Numbered from the whole stretch's first letter, positions 10,795 through 24,157 are shown. The stretch: 63,815 nt of DNA, filler included, from Octopus bimaculoides (GCF_001194135.2; 8 parts of 7 records of this genome joined end to end with filler, not necessarily neighbours in it); one strand, 5' to 3'. Numbers and translations are program-made. Notes: generated by a model from the letters alone, not told the origin.

Positions 10795-13700
10795 TCATCA
10801 TCATTGTTTAATGTCCGCTTTCCATGCTAGCATGGGTTGGACGATTTGACTGAGGACTGGTGAACCAGATGGTTACACCAGACTCCAATCTGATCTGGCA
10901 GAGTTTCTACAGCTGGATGCCCTTCCTAACGCCAACCACTCCGAGAGTGTAGTGAGTGCTTTTATGTGCCACCAGCACGAGGGCCAGTCCGGCAGTACTG
11001 GCAACGGCCACGCTCAAATGCTGTTTTTTTACATGCCACCTGCACAGAAGTCAGTCCAATGTTTTGTTCACATGCCACCGGCACAAGTGCCAGTAAGGTG
11101 AAGCTGGAAACGATCGCGCTCAAATGGTGCTTTTTACGTGCCACCGGCATGGAAGCGAGACTGCTGCTCTGGCAGTGATCCCACTCGGATGATGCTGTTA
11201 GCGCTCCACTGGCACAAGTGCCAGTCATCGAATTTGGTTCAGTTTCGATCTCACTTGCCCCAACAGGTCTTCGCAAACTGAGCTTAGTGTCCAATGAAGG
11301 AAGGTTGGCATAGGTGACAGTCATCGAATTTAGTTCAATTTCGANNNNNNNNNNACTGATGCTTCTTACGTCCAACTTTTCTCTCAAGGTACTTACGCTC
11401 TGTCGGGTATGCACACTGACATTACACATCCATCAGAACATACTGGCTTCATTTCTTGCGAGCTTACGCATGTCCTCAGCAGTCACGGCTCATGTTTCAC
11501 TGCCATGTAGCATGGCTGTTTGTTCACATGCATCATACAGTCTGCCTTTTACTCTGAGCTTTGTCTGGCACTTTGTCACCAGCAGAGGTAAGAGCTCTCT
11601 GAACTTTGCCCAGGCTATTCTTATTCTAACAGCTACACTTTCAGCGCACCCTCCTCCACTACTGACTTGGTCACCAAGGTAATGGAAGCTATCAACTACT
11701 TCTAGTTTTTCTCCTTGGAATGTGGCAGAAGTTGTTCTCTGCACATTTTCAGTGTTTATTGCTCCTGAGCATCTGCCACATACAAAAACTATCTTGCTAG
11801 TTAGCCTTCCTTTGATATTGCTGCACCACTTATTTGTTCATAGTTTACACTGGGCACATCTTATAGAGTTTCTACCTACGCCCTTTCTACAGATCGAGCA
11901 GAGCCATCTACCTGAAGGGGTTTGTGTTTTGTCTACCTTCCTACTTATTAGGACTTTGGTTTCAGCTAGGTTGACTCTGAGGCCCTACGATTCTAGTCCT
12001 TGCTTCCACACCTGAAACTTCTCTAGTTCTGATAGTGACTCAGCAATTAGTGCAAGGTCATCAGTATAGAGGATCTCCCAAGGGCAACCTGTCTTGAATT
12101 CCTCTGTTATTGCCTGGAGGACTATGATAAATAGGAGGGTGCTGAGTCCTGAACCTTGGTGGACCCCTACCTCTACCCGGAATTCTTCACTGTACTCATT
12201 GCCAACCCTCAACTTACTAACAGCGTCCCTGTACATGGCTCGCCCAGCTCTCACTAACCATTCATCTATCCTTAGTTTCCTCATTGACCACCAGATAAGG
12301 GATCGGGGGACCCTGTCAAAGGCTTTTTCCATGTCAACAAAAGCCAGGTACAGTGGTTTATCTTTGGATAGGTATTTCTCCTGCAGCTGTCTTACTAGAA
12401 ATATAGCATCAGTGGTGCTTTTCCCTGGCATGAACCTAAACTGCATCTAATCTAAACTGACTCTCTCCCTAATTAGTTGGGCTATGACCCTCTCCGTGAC
12501 CTTCATTACCTGGTCCAACAACTTGATACCTCTGTAATCGTTTGTGTCTAAAGCGTCACCTTTACCTTTGTAGCAGTTGACTATGGTGCTGCTACACCAG
12601 TCATTGGGTATGACTCCTTCGTGTATCACCTGGTTAACTATACGGGTGACTAGGCTATAGCCAACACAGCCAGATATTTTGAGCATCTCTGCAGTGATTC
12701 CTGATGGGCCGCGGGGCTTTCCCTGTCTTCATGCTCTTGATTGCTTTATCTACCAAGGTACTGCCAATTAGGATAACTGGTCGCTATGTTGGGTTGACAT
12801 TCGGCAGACTCTCTTTCTCCCATTCATTCTCTTTATTGAGCAACCCTTCATAGTGGCGTCTCTCTTTGCAGCCTCGTTTAGTGCAAGTGAGCCATCATCC
12901 ATGCAGACACATTTCTCTCCTACGACATCACGATTCTCTCTCACACACTGTCTTGCAGCACAAAATACTTCAAGTCTTTGGTCCTCACGGCGCAGAGCAT
13001 TAGCAAATTTTTTCTTATCTGCTTCCCCTCTGGCTAAATAAACCTGTCTTCTAGCTTCCCTTCTGGCAGTCTGATACAATCCCCTGCTACCTCCATTCTT
13101 CCAGTCCTTCCAAGCCTGTTTCTTTTGTCTAATAACCCTGTCAACCACATTGTTCCACCAACCACGTTATTTTGGGTCCAGAGGGGACTTTGCACTATAC
13201 ACAGATCTTGTCAGTGGCTCTCAGCAGGTTGTCCCATAGAAACTGCCAATTGTCTTTCACATTATGTGATGCTATATCCCCTTCTATTTCATCAAAGGCT
13301 TCAAGTAACACGTCTCTAAATCTATGTCCATTTGCAGGATCTTTAAGCTTCCAGACCCTTCTCCTCCAAGCTGGTCGTCTTCTGGGCAACCACTTAGCCC
13401 TGATCCTGAAGTCACTAACTACTAGTCTATGTTGTGGGGTACATTCTTCGCCTGGGAAGATTTTGGCATTTATAAGCAGCCATTTGCCCCTTTTTTCTGG
13501 CGAGGATGTAGTCAATGTGGCTAGTGTGTCTGCCAGAACGGTAGGTGATTAGGTGACAGGCAAGTTTCCTGAAGTTGGTATTGCAAACCATAAGATCATT
13601 TGCATCACAGAACTCCAGCAGTCTGGTTCCCTCCTCATTGCGGGAACCAAAACCATAGCCTCCATGTACGCCATGGAAGCCCCCTGCATGTTGTCCAGCA

Positions 13701-14200
13701 TGTCCATTGAAATCACCAGCCACAAAGAGAAGGTCCCTGTCAACGAGGTAGTCTGCAATAGGGTGTCATAAAATTGGTCTTTCTGCCCATTCGGTAGCCC
13801 CGGTTGAGGGGAATAGGTCGAGATAACAGTAGCTAACCTATGGTGAAGCACTAATCTAACCTTAAGTACTCTGTCACATACTCTGACTACCTCGATTACC
13901 TTATCAACCCATTTCTCTGCAAGAAGTCTACCCACACCCCCGACCCCGTCAGTGTTCTCTGCCCAGAAAATCTTGTACTTGTGTTCTTTGCTTGTGAGGA
14001 ACCTAGCGGAACCTCCTCACCATCTTACTTCTTGGATGCAGCACAAATCTACACGTCTCCATTCAAGCATCTCAACAATCTCACCAGACCTACCTTTCAG
14101 TGTGCCGGCGTTGAGAGTGCCAACTCTGAGTGTGTGGGAGCTGTGGACCTGTGAGACCCTTGGATGAGGGACAGCAGTGTCATGTACCTAAAAAGAAAGC
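10795..14200 (-). mobile_element. Near full-length degenerate RTE-clade LINE (APE, RT, 3' UTR, (ATG)n tail)
   Basis: LRVGTLNAGTLKGRSGEIVEML..R.VDLCCIQE, GDFNGH, RNEEGTRLLEFC (APE); QFRFMPGKSTTDAIFLVRQLQEK, FVDMEKAFDRVPR, VGVHQGS.LS.LLF, LYTDDLAL (RT). 3' UTR ends GCATGGAAAGCGGACATTAAAC(AATGATGATGA). Confidence 0.93.
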
Positions 14201-14944
14201 TCGCATCTGGAAGAATTCATTAACAAACAATAACCTACAATCTGCATACACTACACCATTTTTATGCGCTATATGATTGATAAACCCTAGGTAGGGGTGG
14301 GGGTGGTGTTAGGCCCTTAGAAGTGTTCGCGGGAGACAACCAATAATGACAGAGGATAGGAACTTCCAGTAAAGGTGGAGGGGTGGGAGGGCGTACCGCA
14401 AGCCAGCAAATTTAGGGGAAAGCATTTTCTGCACTTTTATACTATGGTAGACAAATTTAGAGAGAATGAATTAACGAAATGATAAACTTGAATAAAATAA
14501 ATAAAATGTGATGATTAACGGATATGCTTGAACTTAAGACAAACAAGGGAGACGAATCTATTGGGCTATGTTTACATGGTAAACAAATAGATAGATAATA
14601 AAGAATGAATGAGTGGGTTATGATCTACGCAGAAATAGGAGTACATGAACGAGGTTGAAAGGATAAAATTCTTATCTGTTCATCTTCTGAATTTCGTATT
14701 CTATCAGCAGAGGAATTGGAAATCGAGTAGGGGAAGCAGAGCATTGAGCTGGTTACATTTATGTATTCATTTTGCAAGATTCTTGATGTGAATTCATGTG
14801 TTGAAATAGATATTTTGTATTTGGGGATAGTCATGTTGCCAATTTAGCCAATGAAAACACATGCACTATTTATTCAGTGTTCACTTGCTTCAGCTTTATT
14901 TCATATTAATTATATTTTGACTTATATAAAAGTAACAAATTCAC

Positions 14945-16745
14945 AGGCACATGAGGAGAGAGAAAAGGTCCTCAACGCCCACATGATGATGTGGACAATT
15001 GTTCTTGGATCTCAGAAATGTTCCAAGCCTGGAACAACAATATCCTGATACTGAATAGACTTCACAAGGACCACAAAATAACCACTAATCTGGTGGCTGG
15101 ACCACCAACAAGACCAGTTTGTGGAGTGAATATCACTAGCAACTACAGGATCTCCTACTTCCTCTGAATGATCATATGCCCCATAATCCTGATGTCACCC
15201 GATGTTTGTGACAGCACGGAAGATTTCAACAGGATCAATGAATGTAACCTGACAGGATGTATAGTTGGTAGCATGGATGTGGTATCCCTATACCCATCCA
15301 CTGATGTGGATTTTGCGGTGGAGAAGTGCATGGAGATAGTCAGCAAGAGTGAAGTGGATTTCCACAGTGTCAACACAGAGGAATTGGGCCTCCTACTCAG
15401 ACTGACATATGACAATGAATATCTAGACAAACATGACCTTAGAAGTTTCTACCCCAGTAGATGTTTAAGAAGTAGACCCCCTACAATCACATCCATGGCT
15501 AGTAAGACCCCTATAGAAGGATGGAGCAGATGGACCAGAGCCATACGGATCCCTGAAAACCAATAAATATCAAGTAAAGAAAATGATCACTGATGCACTA
15601 GGAGCTAGAATAAGAGTTACCCTAAAAGCCCACACATTAAAGTTTAACAACAAAATATACGCCCAGAATGTGGGGGCGGCCATCGGGGTTAACATCGCCA
15701 GTGATGTGGCCAACCTTTTCATGGTATGGTGGGACAAGAGGCTTAAAGAACGCCTGGTACAGAACTCCATATTCATGAACATATACTTTCGTTATGCTGA
15801 AAATATCAACATAGTGGTAAAGATACCCCCACAGCAGAGTGCCCTCGAACTAGAAATAGAAACTAATACTATGGAAAGCATCCAACAAATAGGTAACTTC
15901 ATCCACCAGAGTATTAAGGTCCTGATAGACTACCCTACGAAACACACTAACCAGTACTAGATACAAAACTCTGGCTGGAAACAGTGAATAATAAAACCCA
16001 AATCCTCAATTTTATGCCAAATCTATGGCCTCCAAATACCCGATCCCTCAGAACTCAGCTATTGCGAACAATGCCAAATTCAATATATTGATGGCATACC
16101 TCATCAGAGTAATGAGAAACGTGTCCTGCATGTGCGACCCTACGAAGTTAAAGAGACACATACAACACTTCGTCCATCACATGCAGTACTCAGGATAAAG
16201 TCAAAGAGAAAGAATCAGAGTATATAAAGGAGCCATGAGGAAATTTGAAACTATCATATGTAATGATAGGAATGGGGTTTGCCCATTCTATAGAAGCAAG
16301 TCATGGAATACCATTGAAAGGACTAGGAAGAAAATAGAGAAGGCCAACTCATGGTATGGTAACCACAAATACCGGAGTGTCATGTTCGTTGACACCACCC
16401 CTAAAGGTGAACTGGCGTTAGTGCAGAAACAAGACAAAGCATGTAGTGGAGACAGCACGTAGCATAGGAGAGTGGGTTGATGTGCATTGGAGGGAACTCA
16501 AGGAAGAGAAGACCTTGTGGGTACTAAAATAACAAACCAAGCAGGAACATGAAGGCTCACTCAACAACGTAGAAGTAAAACTCTTGTCCACACATAGAAT
16601 GAACGCAACACTTAGACAAATTATGGAAGTTACACATATAGTAGAAGATAAACTTAGCCTAAATAGAAAACTAGAATGGAACACTAGCACCAGATGAACC
16701 TACCTCATGGCAAAAGGTGCAAATAAGGGTAGCTACATCAAACTC
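14945..16745 (+). mobile_element. Degenerate Penelope-like element (RT plus a GIY-YIG-type C-terminus)
   Basis: KDHK..PPTRPVCG, GSMDVVSLYPS, GAAIGVNIASDVANLFMVWWD, YFRYAENI (decayed RY.DD), DYPTKH, SVMFVDTTPKGELA, terminal RQIMEV..LNRKLEW typical of PLE ends. Confidence 0.82.
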
Positions 16746-16763
16746 CATTCTTGTATATATATA

Positions 16764-16863
16764 NNNNNNNNNNNNNNNNNNNNNNNNNNNNNNNNNNNNN
16801 NNNNNNNTTAATTAATTAANNNNNNNNNNNNNNNNNNNNNNNNNNNNNNNNNNNNNNNNNNNN
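16764..16863. other. Scaffolding spacer 44N-TTAATTAATTAA-44N (artefact); also at 19504, 24158, 51916, 57340, 59392 and 62582
   Basis: Identical 100-nt structure seven times; the 12-mer gives stops in all six frames. Confidence 0.95.
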
Positions 16864-16972
16864 TATATATATATACATACACACATACATATATATGTAT
16901 ATATATACATATTTCGTTTTTGTATTTGGTAGACAGACAAATAGATAGATAGATGGATGGGTGGATAGAGAT

Positions 16973-17022
<50 letters not shown>

Positions 17023-17112
17023 CAAGAAAAGTAAGGACAGGAGCTTGTGTCTGAGAGACAGAGAGAAAGAGAGAGAGAGAGAGAAAGGGAAAGAGAAAGA
17101 ATACGTATGCGT

Positions 17113-17149
<37 letters not shown>

Positions 17150-17548
17150 CTGTCTTTGAGCGTGTGCAAGCCTCAGATTGATAAGTAAAAAAAGGAAGAT
17201 AAAAGAGAAAGAGAGGCATTAAAAATTATAGAAGCCAAAGCCAGAAAACTGTGTGCATACATTTTATATGATACACGAACGGGGATTTTAATTTATTGCT
17301 GTTTCAATTGCGTATACTGAATTTTTTTACAGCTCAGCAAGATACCGCAATATCAGTGAGTATTTTATTCATTGTTTTCTATGTATCAATTCACGAATTT
17401 CGTTTAAGCGAGTGGCAATCGATGTACATTGATAAACCTCAGAAAAGTATTGACTTCTAATATAACCTGGGGCCGACCAAAGCTTTGTGAATGTGATTTG
17501 GTAGACGGTAACTGAAAAAAGCCCGTCGTATATGTGTGTATGTACCTT

Positions 17549-17895
17549 TTTGTGTGCACAGTCTGTGACAGACCATGTCTGTCCTTGGCTGGCCTCAAAT
17601 CTCACCTGCGAACCCATGGAAAACAAACCTCATCCAGCTATTCTGATTATATGTCTGTGCACACGTTTGAATGTGGTGTGTGCCAGAGGGTTTGCAAATC
17701 CAATGGGGGTCTTAAAAGACATGTTAGGATCCACAATGAGCAGAACTTACTTGCAAGTATTGGTAGTGCAAATCAGAGGTGCAATCTGTGTGGGTGTTTT
17801 TTCAAAACACTGTCTGGTTTAAAAAGCCACATCAGACGCCATGAAAGGGCTGAGGTGTAGGTGCAGGAGGTGGTCAAACTCTGTTTAAGGAGTAG
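17549..17895 (+). mobile_element. Three C2H2 zinc fingers plus short tail, probably the 3' end of an RTE-type LINE
   Basis: FVCTVCDRPCLSLAGLKSHLRTH, FECGVCQRVCKSNGGLKRHVRIH, RCNLCGCFFKTLSGLKSHIRRH; no TGEKP linkers. The sequence after the stop (AGGAGGTGGTCAAACTCTGTTTAAGG) recurs at 58994-59019. Confidence 0.6.
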
Positions 17896-17950
17896 NNNNN
17901 NNNNNNNNNNNNNNNNNNNNNNNNNNNNACACATATATGTATATATACAC

Positions 17951-18000
<50 letters not shown>

Positions 18001-18167
18001 GTGTGTGCGTGTGTGTGTGTGTTTGTATTTATGCGTATGTGTCTTTGGTCGGCCCGAGACTATAGTGGAAAACACTTGGCCTATTCGAATATAAATTGTA
18101 GAAATCAAGAATTTTGACAAGATCCTTGATGTCTCCGTTCCTCAGACACCATTAATCTTTAATCTTT

Positions 18168-18574
18168 AATCTTTTACTTGTTTCAATCATTAGGCTGCGG
18201 CCGTGTTGGGACAACGCCTTGAATTTTTAGTCGCACAAATCGACCCCAATACTTCTTTTTTAAGCCTGGTACTCATTCTGTCGGGTCCCTTTTGCCGAAA
18301 CGTTAAGTTGCCGAAACGCTGTCAGGGGTAGTGGAGGGTCAAACAATGACAGAACGACATACACAAATGGATATACATACATATACATATATACATACAT
18401 ATACGACGTGCTTCTTTCAGTTTCCGTCACCCAGATCCACTCACAAGGCTTTGGTCTGCCTAAGGCTATAGTAGAAGACATTATTTGCCAAAGGTGCCAC
18501 GCGGTGGGATAGAACACGGAACCATTTTGTCGGGAAGCAAACTCCTTACTGCACAGCCACGCCTGCGCCTGCGC
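18168..18574 (-). mobile_element. SINE family A, full length
   Basis: tRNA-like head, core, internal microsatellite and tail all match 36647-37064 in reverse. Confidence 0.85.
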
Positions 18575-18829
18575 CTAAATAAATGAATAAATAAATGAAC
18601 AGATAAATAAATAGAAATAAATAAATAAAACGGGGTCCAGCGTGCAGCATTCCTGAAGTGTTAGCTCTGGAAATGAACTGTAAACATTTGAAAACTTTTA
18701 ACATGGAATTGTGCAAAGAAACTGATGCTTATTTACACTCGGCCCCGATATTGACTGATAAGACAGCCGAGAACATATTTGATATTCCTTTTAACGGAAT
18801 GCAAGATCTCTGTATATATGTGTGGATGC

Positions 18830-18845
18830 CTGTGGGTGTGTGTGC

Positions 18846-18917
<72 letters not shown>

Positions 18918-19026
18918 TTATTTATTTATGTGTTTCAGCCAAGTGGCTGCGGTCATGCTGGTGCATATATATATACATATATATTTACATGCATATATAT
19001 ACATACATATATACATACTTATATAT

Positions 19027-19105
<79 letters not shown>

Positions 19106-19189
19106 AATATATATATATACATAAACATATACATATACACATATATAGACACATATACATACATGTATATATATATATATGTATGTGTG

Positions 19190-19233
<44 letters not shown>

Positions 19234-19368
19234 CACATGTGTATATATGTGTGTGTGTATATATATATATGTGTGTGTATATACATATATAAACATGTAT
19301 TATATATATATGTACATATAAGTATATATGAATATATATATATTATATATATATGTGTATGTGTTGGT

Positions 19369-19410
<42 letters not shown>
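18830..19410. repeat. Compound (TA)n/(CA)n/(TG)n microsatellite
   Basis: Directly visible; explains the Y/I/H/T/V/C-rich ORFs in the track. Confidence 0.95.
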
Positions 19411-21264
19411 AGTGTATGTATATCAAATGAATGCTATATTTCACTTCTGCGGTGGCCATCTCGGTTAATTACTTTTGACGTTTTGTTGAGGTGGCTATGT
19501 TTANNNNNNNNNNNNNNNNNNNNNNNNNNNNNNNNNNNNNNNNNNNNTTAATTAATTAANNNNNNNNNNNNNNNNNNNNNNNNNNNNNNNNNNNNNNNNN
19601 NNNTTTACTGAGTATTAATTGAAACAGTTGTAAGGGATGATGATTAATTTGCTGTTAATGGTAAACAATTATTAACTTCTCAAACTCCATTTTCTTTTTC
19701 TTCTTTTATATGAATATCTTTTCCTTGCGGTAGGCCAGGTTGGATCAATCTCGAGCATAACCAGCCGAAATTGAAAAGATAATCTGGAACTCGAGTGGGG
19801 ATAGAAAACCCCGAATGATCCGTCCTTGTTCTCTTTGTATCGTCTGTCTGGATGTTCTTGTCCCATTTTTGTATTTTTTTTATATATAAAATATAGCGGC
19901 GTACGTACACTTTGGTCTCTTATGTTTATATCTATATCGCATGATAAATGATAGCACAACGAACATATACAGTGAACCATTAATCACCGAACACATTTCG
20001 TAAATAATTACTTTAATTTTTACAAGGAATAATTTATCAGTAATTGAGATGTTTTGATTCGATTGCCTTGGAAAGCCAGTCTTACGAAGTGTTAAAATCT
20101 TTAAAGTGTTTACTAAATATTAACTATACATTTTCTACATTCATCATTAATCCTCTCAAACATAACGGAGTCACAATTTTGCAATATTATCTCATAACAC
20201 ATTTGTAAAATTTTAGCTTCCTTAATCTTCAGTGAATAGACCAAGAAATCAGATCAAAGTGTTTTTTGAATAGAGAAACATCTGAAAGCCGTATTTATAA
20301 GATCCCGAAGTGCACAGTATACCTGGTGTACTGGGATGGCATTTGTTCAGCGAACAAATCTCCAGTCTCTCACTTCCTCTCATTAGTCATCTTGCAGCTA
20401 AACATCGCAATGCGTCCACGACCAACGCACTATGTTTAACCAACCCCAGAATGTCAGCATTTTAAAATTCCCTCCGAATATAAAAGTGTCAGTCTCGCCC
20501 GTTGTTTCAAAGTTCCTGCATGTCCATGGGCACCTGCTCCTTTTATGTCATTTTTTCATAATTTTTAATCCCAAATAGGGTTTTTTGCCAATATTATACC
20601 AAAAATTTCAAGGAATGAATGAACATCACTCAGTGATGGCTTTCTTCTGCATTTGTAAAAATGCGTATCAAAGAGCTTATGGTTAAGAGCATAAAGTGTC
20701 GGATAAACTGCTGTGTGGCTGATGGTCTGTATTCTTTTACCGAACAGAATTATTTTTTTCTTGACCACTGCACTGAATTTACAAATGGCTCGGACCATCT
20801 GGTTTGTAAAGAGGTAGTTCAGGCTTTCGACACTTAGTTAAAACTATAATGACACTGCAAACTGTTAAGTGCTTCCTTAGTTTGAAGGTACGGGAAAGAA
20901 ATTCGTGAGATATTCGTGGTAAATAACCCTCTTGACAATATGATACAGAATACTGATACAGGATAAACGGGAAGGGCGGGAATAATGAGGTTTGTACTCC
21001 AGGGGGGAAAGAAATGGGATATGTTGATAGTGTGGGATCTGAAAAGACTTCATGATAAGTAAGAGGAGGATATATGAATGTGTTAGGTTAACTTCCCTAA
21101 ATTTATCTCGATATCAGCATACTGCGAAAAGCATTAACAAATACTGTGCAAGGATATAAGGTAAGACTAAGCGGTAGCTTGTCTATGTGCGAGAGTTTGG
21201 AATATGCTATACTCCTGAGTTTAGCCACTTGTTGATAAGAATGGTGTGCCCTCGAGCTCCGGCC

Positions 21265-21445
21265 AACGATTTTCGAGCGAGGAATTGCGAATGAAAAGAG
21301 TTGCGGCAAAATTTGTACCTCGCTTGCTCACAGAAGATCAAAAGCAGTCACAACTAAATGCGTGTTGTGAACTTAAAGAACAGTTGGAAGTTGATCTGGA
21401 CCTTTTCTCAAAGATCATCACTGGTGATGAAATCTGGTGCTGCGG
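21265..21445 (+). mobile_element. Mariner transposase remnant
   Basis: EELRMKRVAAKFVPRLLTEDQKQ..C.EL....LFSKIITGDEIWC contains the mariner VPR.L linker and the ITGDE(T/K)W first catalytic motif. Confidence 0.88.
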
Positions 21446-21991
21446 AAGAAGTGAAGAAAAAAACGACAGAGGAGAGATAAGGGTTCTGCCTGGTTTGATT
21501 TCATTGAAGACATCTTATAAATACATAGTTATCATTTATTAGACATCGATAATATAGATTAAAATAAAATGATTTATTCAATTTGATACGCAAATTAAAT
21601 TATATATATGATATGCGTTTACTAAAAGCCATCCCCACTGTTAATAAAACTTAGAATTTACTTTCATTTACAGGGGTATTTTAATCTTAAACCGTAAACT
21701 GAGAATGAAGGAATCTAAAGTTACACATTGGCTCATCGAGTTCCTGTTCTCAGTCGCAATTCCTCGACAGAGCAGTAACTGATTAGTTTGGCTTTGATGT
21801 GGCCTAGTAAACTGAACAGCGACGTATGTTAGACACTCATTGAAAGCACAGCACGGAGATGTGAGTAGGGAGGGGCATACGTTGCATATGGTTATCGCTT
21901 CTCTCTTCCCTTATACAACTTTCAGTCATTGGACAGTGGCCACGCTGATGAACTGAGTACGAGGTTTTAGTCGAAAAAAAATCGATTTCCG

Positions 21992-22023
<32 letters not shown>

Positions 22024-23992
22024 TACATTTATATTTATATATATGTGTGTGTGTACACATANNNNNNNNNNNNNNNNNNNNNNNNNNNNNNNNNNNNNNN
22101 NNNNNNNNNNNNNNNNNNNNNNNNNNNNNNNNNNNNNNNNNNNNNNNNNNNNNNNNNNNNNNNNNNNNNNNNNNNNNNNNNNNNNNNNNNNNNNNNNNNN
22201 NNNNNNNNNNNNNNNNNNNNNNNNNNNNNNNNNNNNNNNNNNNNNNNNNNNNNNNNNNNNNNNNNNNNNNNNNNNNNNNNNNNNNNNNNNNNNNNNNNNN
22301 NNNNNNNNNNNNNNNNNNNNNNNNNNNNNNNNNNNNNNNNNNNNNNNNNNNNNNNNNNNNNNNNNNNNNNNNNNNNNNNNNNNNNNNNNNNNNNNNNNNN
22401 NNNNNNNNNNNNNNNNNNNNNNNNNNNNNNNNNNNNNNNNNNNNNNNNNNNNNNNNNNNNNNNNNNNNNNNNNNNNNNNNNNNNNNNNNNNNNNNNNNNN
22501 NNNNNNNNNNNNNNNNNNNNNNNNNNNNNNNNNNNNNNNNNNNNNNNNNNNNNNNNNNNNNNNNNNNNNNNNNNNNNNNNNNNNNNNNNNNNNNNNNNNN
22601 NNNNNNNNNNNNNNTTTTTTTTTTTTTTTTAGTTATTTATTCCGTTATAACAAATACTAACAAAGTACCAAGGCTTGAACAAAACAAACAAAAAATATAT
22701 CGGGAACAAGAATATAAAACTAATGAGAGGTGGGTATTCATACCACAAACACAGGGTGCTGTCAAGCAGGATTAAAATATTAATCTTTTTTGTTTGGTTT
22801 TGCTTTGTGTGACTTTGTTTTTTTCTTTTGTTTTTTGTGTGTGTTTTTTTCTGTTTGTTTCTTCTTTGTATTATTTTTTTTTAATATTTATTACGATTTT
22901 GTTCGCCGATGTGTGGAATTTAAATTTTCATTGCGCTTCAAGAATACTAAATTGAGATGTTCATACAATATTAAATCAGTGCACTTCGACAGTGAGGACA
23001 GTGAAGAATTCATAAAATGTCAGGAACTGATTCTATTGAACAACTAATTTCCACGTCAGATATTATATTATTCTATTGCAACGCAACAGTAATGAATTCG
23101 GATGAATATTTCGGAAATATATCAGCATTCGTTTTAGAGATATGTAGCTACAATAACGAATCCATAATATAAAGAAGATGATAAAATATAAATAAGTGAA
23201 TGAATACAAAGTAGTGACTAGTAACATAAACAAAAGATAATATAATATGTAATGTGTCTGAATTTATCATGTCCGAATATTCTGTATGTTTCTGATATGA
23301 TTAACGTTACATTTATACATTAAAAGAAATATGAGAGATGTTTTGTTTTTGTTTTTGCTTTTGTTTTTGTTTTTTGTTTTTTTTTGTTTTTTGTTCTTGT
23401 TTTTTGGTTTGGTGGGGAAGGAGTGTCTTTAGAAGCTTCATAAATTCAGAAATACACTGTATGAATTGTATGAAACAGCTTCCCATTTGTGTAAAATATG
23501 TAAATATATGAATATATGGCCGTATAAATACATGCATTTATACATACATACATACGTACGTACATACATACATACATACATACATACGTACGTACGTACA
23601 TACATACATATACACACCCACACACACACACATGTATATATACCATTTTTATACAGAGTATAAAAACGAGAGCTACAAATAGTTTCTTGCAGTGAAGACA
23701 TGGGTCTAGGCAAGGTTTTACAACGTGCTTTGTGTTTCCAAACAATTTTCAAACTTTGACCAATCTTTGTACTGCTTTACTTGAAAATCGGGACGCTGGT
23801 GCATGAGAAATCACAAGAAAAAACGAGAAGTTTGATGCAGCGTGGAAAACTGATTAAAAACGAAAAACAGAAAAGAAAATTATAGTTACGTCCCCTTTCA
23901 CCATAGAAGCCATAATTAAACTAATTTTAGAATAATTCAACGGAGAGGAATGAACGGTTGTCACGCAGACTTTGGACTCCTGTCCCTTAAAC

Positions 23993-24157
23993 CAGGGGTT
24001 TTCAAACTTTTTGACGTGCGGACCCCTTTATATTTCAGGCTTTACCTTAGGGACCCCCTTATAAACACTTATGAAATTTATACATAAATATTTGCTTAAA
24101 ATAACATATATTTTTACATTTATTTATTTAACAGTATTTAACAAATAGGTTCATTGT
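23993..24157 (+). mobile_element. Left end of a hAT (Charlie-like) MITE, cut by a gap
   Basis: CAGGGGTTTTCAAACTTTTTGACGTGCGGACCCC resembles Charlie/MER5-type termini; no right end visible. Confidence 0.55.

Noticed and set aside
16808-16819. TTAATTAATTAA palindrome repeated seven times
   Set aside because: Always centred in a 44N+12+44N block, so a scaffolding linker rather than biological sequence.
18658-19551. Long ORFs of up to 297 aa here, and similar ORFs running through N gaps or (TA/CA)n tracts elsewhere
   Set aside because: Translations of microsatellites or Ns with no protein signal.
20470-20500. TATAAAAG box as a promoter
   Set aside because: Such motifs are frequent in AT-rich DNA and no linked transcript structure is visible.
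20565-20798. Minus-strand ORF with a faint NPxxY-like YPTLYAL
   Set aside because: No upstream TM segments; chance similarity is likely.
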